Shown here: one piece after another, positions 14,179-25,250 of the stretch
Position numbering within the stretch: the first letter of the stretch is position 1
Layout of the letters: every line of letters begins with the position of its first letter
Source: Eledone cirrhosa
Taxonomy: Eukaryota
DNA length: 64,000 nt
Assembly: GCA_964016885.1 (NCBI GenBank)
Contig: OZ024745.1
Span: forward strand, 74,710,001-74,774,000
Direction: 5' to 3'
Translations under genes and position numbers: made by a program
The notes under the pieces: model-generated
Databases searched by the model: none
What the model was told of the DNA's origin: nothing
What the model saw: the letters and a program-made list of their open reading frames with translations, nothing else

Positions 14179-14629
14179 AGTAATTACTGAGGATTTCTTA
14201 AAAGCTGGGAATTGTCTATAAGAATGAATCTATTATGGTTCTGTTTTTGTCTTGGATACCATGGGACTCTCTTTACATGTGTGGAAATTATTCCTACTTA
14301 CTACAAGAATGTTTATTGATGACTGAGCCCTGTTCATATAACTGACATAATTTTGTTGACAAAATTACTTCTATTTCTAATTTATGAAATGTTGATATGG
14401 GGAGTGGATGCTATGTAAGTTATTCAAATATAGTAGTTTCATAATTGACTAGTAGCAGATGTTCTGAAGATATTGAGGGTCTTCTACGACAGCTGGTGTA
14501 ATGGAAGGATCAGATACCAGAACTGAAAAATCAGAAAATATATGACAGTATAAGATAGATGTCTGAAAAACAAAATCTGTATATACATATGTATGTGAAT
14601 GTACATGTACTCTTTATATATATATATAT

Positions 14630-16320
14630 CATCATCATCATTATCACCGTTTTACGTCCGTTCTTCCATGCTAGCATGGGTTAGATGGGTTGTGGCAAGT
14701 GTCTGGTCGGCTGACCATGCCTTGCTCATACAGGAACTGATTTTGGCTTGATTTCTACAGCTGGATGCCCTTCCTAACACCAACCTCATTTACAGTGAGT
14801 GCTGGGTGCTTTTTCCGTGGTGCCTACACGTCCACTTTACAGTGTGGGCTGCGTGCTTTTTTTGCCGTGGCACCTCCACGACCACCTTGCAGTGGGAGGG
14901 TGTGGGGGCATATTGTCTATATGCTTCAGCTTGTACCCATGGGAGGTCGGGTACTCTGTATTACTGCGTGACGCCAGAGGTCACGGCCGTGTGTCATCGC
15001 CTTTGAGAGGTGTAATTGGGCAAGGTCGGCTTTTATCACCTCATCCCAGGTCATCTTGGGTCTCCCCACTCCGCGGTTTCCATTGACTTCTAGTGCTCTG
15101 CACCTTTTTATGCAGCTGTCGTCCTTCATACGCATCACATGTCCATACCAACGCAAACGCCTCTCCTGCACACAGCATTTGATTCCTCTTATGCTCAATT
15201 TCTCCCTCAATTCATTTATGCTTTGTCGTTCGCGTATATTACTATTACACATCCATCGGAGCATGCAGGCTTCGTTTCTTTCTAATCTACGTAAGTCTTC
15301 CACCTTCAGCGCCCAGGTCTCACTACCATGTAACATTGCTGTTCCGATACACGCATCATACAGTCTGCCTTTCATTTTGAGGGAGAAGCCTTTTGCAGCT
15401 AGCAGTAGCAGTAGTTCCCTGAACTTCTTCCATCCCGTTCTTACCCTGGTTATTGTACTTTCTGAACTCCCACCTCCGCTGCTAATTCGGTCACCTAGGT
15501 AACAGAAGCTGTCTACTGTTTCTACAGAACCCCCCCAGAGATTGGTGGTACTTGTTTCCTGTGGCTGTTTGCTGCATGTGAAGCCTACATTCTTAATTAA
15601 GCTTCCTGAGATGCTGCTACATCTCTTGTGTACCCATTGTTTGCATTTGGGGCAGAGAATGGAGTTCCTACCTACACCTTTCCTACATACTGAGCAAGGC
15701 CATTTCCCTGAGGGGATCTGGGTTCTGTTTTCTCGTCTACTTACAAGGACCTTAGTCTTTGAGACCCTTCTTTCTAGTCCCTGCTTCCAAGTTTGGAATT
15801 TATTCTCTAGTTCTACCATAGATTCAGCTATAAGTGCGAGGTCATCAGTATACAGCAGTTCCCATGGGCATCCGGTCTTAAACTCCTCCGTTATTGCCTG
15901 CAGGACTATGATGAACAGGAGAGGGCTAAGAACAGAGCTCTGGTGAACACCAACCTGTACGCTAAATTCCTCGCTATACTCATTGCTAATCCTAACTTTG
16001 CTGACTGCTCCCCTATACATGGCTTGTACCGCTTTCACAAGCCATTCATCTACTCCTAGTTTTCTAAGAGCCCACCAGATTACAGCACGTGCAACTCTGT
16101 CAAAGGCTTTCTCGAGATCGACGAATGCCAGGTAGAGTGGCTTACTTTTAGCTAGGTACTTTTCCTGCAACTGCCTCACAAGGAAGAGGGCATCAGTAGT
16201 GCCTCTTCCTGGTACAAACCCAAATTGCATTTCATCTAGTTTCACCCGGTCCCTAATCAACTGTGCTATAACTCTTTCTGTTACTTTCATGACCTGGTCC
16301 ATCAGCTTTATACCTCAATA
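14630..16320 (-). mobile_element. Young 5'-truncated RTE LINE with 3' UTR and (GAT)n tail
   Basis: ORF 14926..16302 with RT motifs (catalytic motif YTDD, QSS in place of QGS), RRLRWYGHVMR and GRPKMTW. The tail reads CATCATCAT at ~14630. Confidence 0.93.
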
Positions 16321-16612
16321 GTACTGTAGATAGGGCTATAAAGGCTAAGAGACAGGCTTGGAAAATTTGGAAGTTGGTGATAGCAGTGAACAATACTAAT
16401 TACATAGAAGAGAAGCTACATGTCAGGTCAACTTAGAAAGATAGAAAACGGAGTAAGAAGTTTTCTAATTTTCTATAGCATGAGAATCACAGGAAAGAAA
16501 ATATTTCAGATTGCAAGACGATACACAAGACAAAACCATGACATTAAAGGTGAGCATTCAATATAGAATGAAAGCAGCACACTTACCTTTATTGACACCT
16601 AAATGAAAGATA

Positions 16613-16852
16613 CATATGAGGCTGGTAAATGAGTAGTCTATCCCAACTAGACTTAACTGATATGTCACTTTATGAGGCTGGTAAATGAGGATTCTATCTT
16701 AACTAGACCTAACTAAGAGAAATGTCACTATGTGAGGCTGGTAAATGAGGAGTCTATCCCAACTAGACCAAACTGAAAGATATGTCATTTTATGAGGCTG
16801 GTAAATGAGGAGTCTATCTTAACTAGACCTAACTAAGAGACATGTCAGTATG
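16613..16852 (+). repeat. ~61-bp minisatellite (4 units here, ~2 more at 18425-18560)
   Basis: Unit TATGAGGCTGGTAAATGAGGAGTCTATCCCAACTAGACCTAACT..ATGTCAC is visibly repeated. An inverted array is at ~29930-30135. Confidence 0.9.
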
Positions 16853-16871
16853 TTATACTGGCAGACTTCCA

Positions 16872-18380
16872 GACTTCCACGTGCAGTAATCTGGTGGGCT
16901 CTTAGAAAACTAGGAGTAGATGAATGGCTTGTGAAAGCGGTACAAGCCATGTATAGGGGAGCAGTCAGCAAAGTTAGGATTGGCAATGAGTATAGCGAGG
17001 AATTCAGCGTACAGGTTGGGGTCCACCAGGGCTCTGTTCTTAGCCCTCTCCTGTTCATCATAGTCCTGCAGGCAATAACGGAGGAGTTTAAGACCGGATG
17101 CCCATGGGAACTCCTGTATGCTGATGACCTCGCACTCATAGCTGAATCTATGGTAGAACTAGAGAATAAATTCCAAACCTGGAAGCAGGGACTAGAGAGA
17201 AAGGGCCTCAAAGTCAACATGACAAAGACTAAGGTCCTTGTAAGTAGACGAGAAAACAGAACCCAGATCCCCTCAGGGAAATGGCCTTGCTCAGTATGTA
17301 GGAAAGGTGTAGGTAGGAACTCCATTCTCTGCCCCAAATGCAAACAATGGGTACACAAGAGATGTAGCGGGATCTCAGGAAGCTTAATTAAGAATGTAGG
17401 ATTCACATGCAGCAGCTGTGCTGAAACAGCAAGCAAACAGCCACAGGAAACAAGTACCACCAATCTCTGGGAGGGCCCTGTAGAAACAGTAGACAGCTTC
17501 TGCTACCTAGGTGACCGAATTAGCAACGGAGGTGGGTGCTCAGAAAGTACAATAACTAGGGTAAGAACGGGATGGAAGAAGTTTAGGGAACTACTACCAC
17601 TGCTAGCTGCAAAAGGCTTCTCCCTCAGAATGAAAGGCAGACTGTATGATGCGTGTATCCGAACAGCGATGTTGCATGGTAGTGAGACCTGGGCGCTGAA
17701 GGTGGAAGACTTACGTAGATTAGAGAGAAACGAAGCCTGCATGCTCCGATGGATGTGTAACAGTAATATACGTGAACGACAAAGCATAAAGGAATTGAGA
17801 GAGAGACTGAGCATAAGAGGAATCAAATGCTGCGTGCAGGAGAGGCGGTTACGCTGGTATGGACATGTGATGCGTATGAAGGATGACAGCTGCATAAAAA
17901 GGTGCAGAGCACTAGAAGTTGATGGAAACCGCGGAGTGGGGAGACCCAAGATGACTTGGGATGAGGTGATAAAAGCCGACCTTACCCAACTACACCTCTC
18001 AAAGTCAATGACACACGACCGTGACTTCTGGCGTCACGCAGTAATACAGGGTACCCGACCTCCCATGGGTACATGCTGAAGCATATAAACAATATGCCCC
18101 CCCCCCCAACGCAAGGTGGCCGTGGAGGTGCCACGGCAAAAAAGCACCCAGCCCACACTGTAAAGTGGACGTGTAGGCGCCACGAAAAAGCACCCAGCAC
18201 TCACTGTAAATGAGGTTGGTGTTAGGAAGGGCATCCAGCTGTAGAAATCAAGCCAGATCAGTTCCTGTATGAGCAAGGCATGGTCAGCCGACCAGACACT
18301 GCCCACAACAGGACAACCCGTCTAACCCATGCTAGCGTGGAAGAACGGACGTAAAACGGTGATGATGATGATGATGATGA
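16872..18380 (+). mobile_element. Young 5'-truncated RTE LINE, ORF uninterrupted to stop, (GAT)n tail
   Basis: ORF 16850..18079 with YADD and a C4HC3 finger. GACTTC flanks both sides (likely TSD). Confidence 0.93.
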
Positions 18381-19781
18381 CTTCTCCAGTACTTCATGTC
18401 ACCAATCTTCATGGTCCTTTGTCATCACTTTATGAGGCTGGTAAATGAGGAGTCTTTCCCAAGTAGACCTAACTAAGAGATAAGTCACTATATTAGGCTG
18501 CCAGAAGGATATGTCACTATATGAGGCTGGTAAATGAAGAGGCTCTCCCAACTAAAACCACCTGAGGGATCAACCATCAAATTTGACAGCAGGATCATAG
18601 ATAATATGATTAAGGATATGAAGGTAGAGAAGGCAGCGGGTATATCAAGGATTGTTGCTGAGATGATTAAACTATCCACATAGTAAATAAGGTAGTGCCG
18701 GAATGTGTCATACTACTAGTGTAGTAGTATCATTGTCAACTGCTGTTGGATCTGGTTATTAAGTTTACCGAAGGAATGATGGCAAAGCTGATTAGGGATA
18801 GAATTAATGTTGATGAGATGCTTGGCTTTATGCCAAAGAAATACACTACACATGAAATCTTATTAGTTAGACAGCTGCAGGATAAGTATTTAGCTAAGAA
18901 GTTCCTGTACTTAGCATTCTGCAACTTGAAAAGAACCTTTGGTAGAATTCCATGCTCTGTAATCTGGTGGGTGCTTAGGAATTTAACGATATAAGAATGA
19001 TTTGTTGGATGTGTACAAACTATTTTCAGTGATGCAACCTTCAAGAATTAATACTGAATACAATGATGAAAATAATCTGTAGATAGGAGTCCACCAAGGT
19101 TCAGTTCTCAGTCTTCTCTTGTTTATTATCGCCTTACAGGTAATAACAGAAGAGGTTAAGACTGGTTGGCTGCGGGAATTCCTGAATGCTGATGATCAAG
19201 CACTTACAGCCAAAGGTGCGGAGTTCCAGACATGCAAATAAAATCGGGAATCAAGGCACCTTAAATTAAACCTAGCAAAGGCTAAAGTTTTAGTAAATAG
19301 GTAAGAAAATAAGACTCTGTTACCATCAAAAATATAACTGCTAAATATTATGGAAAAGCGTAGGTAGACACTCCATATTTTGTACTCAGAGTTGTGGGAA
19401 CATAAACTTCATATGTGACAGGTACACAGGTATATTCAACAATAAGGTTTTTCATGAAATAAAATGTCTCAAATGTTCGGAAGGCTCACTCGAAGTAGTA
19501 GAAAAAATTCGCTAACTAGGTGACTTCATTAGTAAGGAAGAAGGAGGGGGGTATGGAGGTTTTGTAACCTGAGTGAGAACAAGTGCTTCACTCTTAAAAT
19601 GAAGGGCAGATTATATAACTGCGATGCTACATAGCTGCGAAAAAGGGATGACACAGCACTGAGTTGACTGGCGATATGCAATATTAACAAAAGACCTAAT
19701 CATCAACAAAAGCATTGTGGCGCTGAAAGTAAATATGGCAAGAGACCAGAGACTACGAGGAACGAAGAGATAGTCATAATT

Positions 19782-19957
19782 TTTTCTACTTTAGGCACAA
19801 GGCCAGCAATTACCCAGTACATTACTGGTACTTTATTTTATCGACCCCGTAAAAGGTAAAGTTAACCTCGGCCGGATTTGAACTCAGATCATAAAGGGAC
19901 GTAACTATGCTGGAAAGCATGTCCGACCCTCTACCGATACTGCCAATTCACCGCCCT
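19782..19957 (-). mobile_element. tRNA-derived SINE with ~15-bp TSD
   Basis: Same family as 4095-4277. Flanked by AAGAGATAGTCATAAT and AAGAGATCGTCATAAT. Absent from the paralogous modules at ~2385 and ~28055. Confidence 0.85.
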
Positions 19958-20745
19958 AAGAGATCGTCATAATGGAACGTACTTAGTATCCACCCATACT
20001 TTCGTATAGTGCTGGTTGGACAAAGGAAGTCAACTAGAGAGGACCCTCTCGTGATGTAGAGTACTTAACAAGATATATTGTGTTGGTGCTACGATAAAAT
20101 ACACCTGTTACAATCTGTAAAGTGGGTGTTGTTTGAACAGTCATTAAAATGTATAGGAACTTGTTCTTAGCTAAATAGTTATCCTGCAGCTGTCTAACTA
20201 GGTAGATGTCATCTGTAGTGTATCTCTCTGACATAAAGTCAAACAGCATCTCATCAAAACAATCTCTAGTGCTAGTGCTGCAATAAAACTCATCTAATAA
20301 AATCTGTAGAGTACTAGTGTTAGTACAAGGATAAAATATATCCAATATACTCTGTGAAGTGTGTGAAGATAAACTATACCCCGTACAATCAATAAGGTGG
20401 CTGGCATTAGGAAGGGCATCGAGCCATAGAAACTATGCCAAAGATGGAACGTGATGCCTCTCCGACTCAGTTAGACTCGAACTGTGACAACACATCCAAC
20501 TTATGTCAGTATGGAAAGCATGCGCTAAATGATGATGATGGTGATAGAATAAATACCAAGCATGAAATATTAAATTTTGCCTAACTTCAACTATAAGTAT
20601 TAATATTCATTATAACAATATAACTATAAACATTAATGTTGACCTGACCTTGATATAATTATAAACATTAATATTCTCCATAACATAATATAACTATAAA
20701 CATTAACGTTCACCATAACATATATAAACAATAATGTGACCTTAC

Positions 20746-20860
20746 CAGTATATATTGAATGTATCTGCAGTCAATACTACAATGTAGGCGGTGTCTTTAA
20801 CATGTTTCTCCATTAGGAGAATCGACCGGTGTCGTATTTTTAGAAAATACTTCAATTATT
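20746..20860 (-). promoter_or_regulatory. Putative non-coding exon 1 / core promoter of ZF-1
   Basis: Conserved block (minus strand ATTCTCC..GGAGAAAC..AAAGACACCGCCTACATTGT) ending in CTG|GTAAGG at 20745. The same block recurs upstream of the other paralogs. Confidence 0.6.
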
Positions 20861-21361
20861 TCAATTTGTCTTTCAATTCTATCCTGCTCATGTTAAAAAA
20901 AACAAAAAAAAAAAACAACAAAACGCTACAATTGTTTGGATGAGAAATTTTTTTCTTATGCTTTTTCATGTTTTCTAATAATCTCACTCGACTTTAGAAG
21001 GGGTATGTAGATGAGGGGACCCTCGGAATTACAGATATGCACCTCTCTTTCGCTCGGTGAAAATTTTCTTTTCTTTTTGCCCTAAATTTTATCAGGGTAT
21101 CTGTTCTCAGTGAATTTGACTTTTAAAAACGTTGGGAATTATTCGTGTTATATCTGTGTAGTTAACCATGCCTCACAACAAATTTTGGAAGGTTTAGGCG
21201 GCGAGTGGAAATGAAAAATATTTTAAAATACCTTATGCAATTGGCATTTTTTTTCGTCTCTTCCTTGTTACTAACAATATGGTTTTGCCGATCTGAGAGA
21301 GGTGGATATAGATTGGCTGTCTCAAAATAGAATTTGTTTAACACATTGTGTTTCATTTTCA

Positions 21362-22480
21362 TTTGAAGACGGGCGTTTGGGGAAGTCGGGCCGCTGACTG
21401 CGAGGTTCCTCTCTTCACTGGCGGCTCGCCTAATAGATTGTAACTGGCGAATCTCGCGAGGGCGCTTGGTTGTTCCAGCGCATTAGCCTCGTCATCACCC
21501 GAGGCAACGCTGCGAGTGTGCTGGCTAAGCCTAAAAAATCATTAGAGAGGTTGCCCGGTACTCCTCGCAACGCTGCTGTCTTTTGCTCTGGTGTTGGTTC
21601 GGTTGTTCACCCCTTCCTTTACATTTTCTTTAATATTGTAACATTAAAAGAATATATAATAATAATAATGAAATATTGTGTACAGTGCTCAGGTGCACTA
21701 CAACTCATCAAAAAGTGTATGTATAGTACATAGGGTAATGTATAAACGTCAGGAAAATGAACAGTGCATGAGTCATGATATACACGTGTGCATGTGTATG
21801 GAAGGGGTACATCAGGTGTAGTTTTGGCGTATTTCGGGAAGCATGAGGGTTTTAAAGGATGCAGTGTCTCGGCAGCTAACAACTGACGCAGGCAGTTTGT
21901 TCCATGCTTCAGCAACTCTGAGCGTGAAAAAATGTTTCCGAAAGTCATGGGAGCTGTGCTGTTTTCTGATTTTGTAGGCATGTCCACGTGCGTTAGACAC
22001 ATGGAGATCAAAAAGGTGCTCAGGGTTGCAATTGGCGAGATGGTTAATAACTTTGTGGGTGTTTACCAAGTCCATTGCCAGACGTCGGAGTTTCAATGAA
22101 TCCATGCCCAGTGAAGCAAGGCGTTCAGAGTATGGTAGGTGTATGATGGAGGGTATGCGCTTGGTTACACGTCTCTGAACAGTTTCCAGGAGGTCAATGT
22201 TCTGAGCAAGATAGGGGTTCCAGACTGATGATGCAAATTCCAAGTGTGGTCATACCATAGCTGTATACAGCTTTAAATAGATGGCTGGAGAGCGGCTAAC
22301 AAAGGTCTTGCTGAGTGATGCCAAGACACCCTCGGCCTTCTTGACAATCTTAGAGACATACTTTGTCCAACGCAAATCGCTGCTGACAGTAATGCCCAGG
22401 TCACGTTGACAAGAGGACTTCTTGATATCAGTGTTGTCTTTCTGAAAGAATCACGAGCAATTTATAATGTTATCTAAGCA
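21362..22480 (+). mobile_element. CRE-clade non-LTR element 3' fragment, interrupted by a CR1 copy
   Basis: Translates as WLFQRISLVITRGNAASVL (C-terminus of the restriction-like endonuclease). The 3' UTR motif TCTGAAAGAAT..GCAATTT.TAATGTTAT resumes at ~22440. Confidence 0.7.
21655..22437 (-). mobile_element. 5'-truncated young CR1/L2-group LINE with (ATT)n tail
   Basis: ORF 21812..22243 is almost identical to the C-terminus of ORF 39791..41746. Confidence 0.92.
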
Positions 22481-22784
22481 TTTGTAATGTTATTTATGTA
22501 TATATTTAAAACATATTTGTTATGTTATTCTACTGTAAATTTATATGCTCTGTATAATAAAAATTTCATTAACCTGTAAAAAAAATATATATTTGGCCAA
22601 ATATATATTTGAAATATTTTGGCCGAATGCTTGGTCTTTCTACCGACTCTTTCAAATCTTGCCAAAACCATTCAATATTTTGTGTGCATACTTTTCCTTC
22701 TTTTTTGCGCACATTTTCAGTGTGGTTTTCAGCAAAATACTTTCTTTTTTTTTAAATATATAATATCTAATTTTATTCACAGCT

Positions 22785-25250
22785 GTATAAATAGCATTAC
22801 AAATTGTTCACAATTCTTTCAGAATGAAAATATAAACACATATAAACACATATAATAAATACAATTAACTATGAACCTTATAAATACAACGGACCAAAAT
22901 ATACTATCAAAGCAAGAGAAATAAAAATAAAAGAAACCAAAACAATTCACTACCAAGTGCGACAATCAATTCACCACCAAGTGCGACAACCAGCCGCCCA
23001 TTACAAGACTCAGCGGAATATTTTGAGACATGCCAATATGCTCGCAGCATTACCACAGGTGATGGGCGAGGCTAAGGTGCTGCAACAACCAGGCACCTTC
23101 TTGGGCATCACCTGACACCCCGGTAAGGCGAGCCGCCAACGATGACAAGAACTTCACTGTCAGTGGCCCAAATCTACCAAACGTTTTGAACGCTCCAGGC
23201 TAGAAATATTAATTGTTTAACAGTTCCCTGTATCTTCAGATTTTATTCCGTTTGGCAACGAAAACAGTGAGAATTGAGGGGATATTTACCCAAGCTAGGG
23301 CCCACTAAATGATCAGTTTAACTCGATGTGGCTGGCAAAGCGACCAGCATTCAGGCGACATGACGAACAATGGAGGCCTGTGAAGTAAAGGGATCTACCA
23401 CAGCGACATCTCAGACCCCTATAGATCGGCTCCCACTTGGAGTGCAATGAGGATGCAGAGCTCTTCCTGATTGAGAAGACCACGAATGTTAACCATAGAC
23501 AAGACATCAATCCAGTCCCCTTAGAACTTTTTATTTGCAGAAAGTAAGCGGCACCTAGAAAATTGATCAGAATGATCAAAGAGAGCATTAAAAGTTTTGC
23601 TCAAATGAAGGTTGTCAAACGCTATCTGCTTCTGTTTATCCTCATCAGTATCAGGAACTGACAAACCCAGCTCTCTCCACTGTAGAAAAGCTTCATCCAT
23701 TCTCTAGTGGAACTAGTCAATATTGAAAAGGAGAGGATGTCACCCATTAAAGGGGAGCAAGTGTGGATGAAGGAAAGAAAGCACGGTAGAGACAAAGATG
23801 AGAATTTATGCAGACCAAGATCTCCAAAACGTTTGGACAAGGTAGCCTGGTTGCGGGACTCTGGAGAGAGTCAGACATTGACCAGACCCTCGAGCTCACT
23901 GAATATTAAGTCATTAATGCATTGGACAGACAATGAGAATTTGTAAGAGGGACTAACGCTGAAGAAATACAACTTAGTAATTGACATGTAATTCCTAAGT
24001 ATTAAAAAACCTTGGTGAGACTCAATGGCTCTGAGGTTTTTTAAAAGTTATTCAACAGAGAGAAAGGACTCTGTAAACAGGTGAACTGTCTGCTGATGTG
24101 AAGCTGGATGGTTGAGCTCAAATTTGGAACTGTTGATGTGAAAGCCCCTACGACCCAGTTCTTCAATCATCATCTTCGCAGTTACAAGGACCTTATCTGG
24201 AGGACCCCCCAAACAAGCATCATCCAGATACCAGACATTCAAATCCAGGTCAGCTCCTATTTTGGTGACATTATCATTGCCCAGTGCTAAAAGAACAGGT
24301 CCAAGTGGATCACCCTGTGGCAGATAGGATGAAATTGTCATCGAAGGAGAGGTAGGAGAGCTCCCAATAGACTTGCCAAGCAAGGTGGTAAAGCTGAGAG
24401 ACCCTCTCCTTTACTGAATGGAGGATGACATTCCGATTGATGGAATTCAAAGCATTCCTGAGATCTAGCTTGATGATTACCTTGGGTGTTTCAGAAGGCA
24501 AGTTGGTAAATGCTCTGGTGAATTGAGGGGCAACCACACAGCCCAGCTTAGTACCCACCCATATCTGAATAGGGGAAAATTCGGCAGAGAGGCAGTCTGA
24601 AATTGAGAACAGACATACTTTCACAGTGACCCAGCACAGTGTGCACTCAACTGCTATGGAGCAGAGGTCAGTTTAGTCCCAAAGAACAGGGGACAAATAT
24701 AAAGGAAGACATTCTTATGTACGAACAGGTTAATGAACTGGGTGAGGTTCTCCAAGAGCTCAAGACTGGTATCTCTGGCCAACAAGGTGACACAATGCTT
24801 GAGGTGCTGAGGTTGTAGACCATCAATCCCTGCAATGTAATCGCTTTACTGACATTGTCTGAGGTGAAGACAGGTTGTAAATAGCCTGGTAGATAAGGCC
24901 AGTGTAAGTGGTCATCCAGAGGAGCCAGAGGATGTTTCTCCCTCAGTTGGTTGAGTGAACCAGTAGTGCACTGGGTGAGGGGTGACAGAGAGGAGAGGAG
25001 ACGAACAATCCCTTTAATGTCAAATTCATTGAATTTGATGTTGACAGCCGTCTTTTAGTTTGGTGATTGTCTATTGATTGGAACTGAGTTGATCACCAAC
25101 ATAAGATGAGCTGTAGGTGGGGTTGAATCAAACAGCTCAAACTGCCATTTTTGGGAAGGGGTCCGAATTTCGCATTGGACACATAGAGAGAAACTAGAGG
25201 GAACAAAAATAGTTACTGCCAATCCAAGATGTTGTTGGATAGGCATACAT
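22785..25250 (-). mobile_element. Decayed, long CRE-clade retrotransposon (RT plus REL endonuclease)
   Basis: Fragments IIKLDLRNALNSINR, QGDPLGPVLLAL, LNVWYLDDACLGG, RFGDLGL, CRCG..GLH..SCRLNAGRFASHIELN. Confidence 0.78.

Larger units (their letters stand above)
16321..19720 (+). mobile_element. Ancient decayed RTE LINE hosting a minisatellite and a young RTE insertion
   Basis: Degenerate translations: STVDRAIKAKRQAW, KAAGISRIVAEMIK, LVRQLQDKYLAK, GVHQGSVLS. The mirror copy is at ~28180-30720 (-). Confidence 0.75.

Noticed and set aside
16613-16852. CRISPR-like periodic repeats
   Set aside because: Whole units are similar with no unique spacers, and the context is eukaryotic. It is a minisatellite.
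15056-17949. Conserved-looking antisense ORFs of the RTE (148, 134 and 214 aa)
   Set aside because: They are shadows of the RT frame, shared only because the copies are nearly identical.
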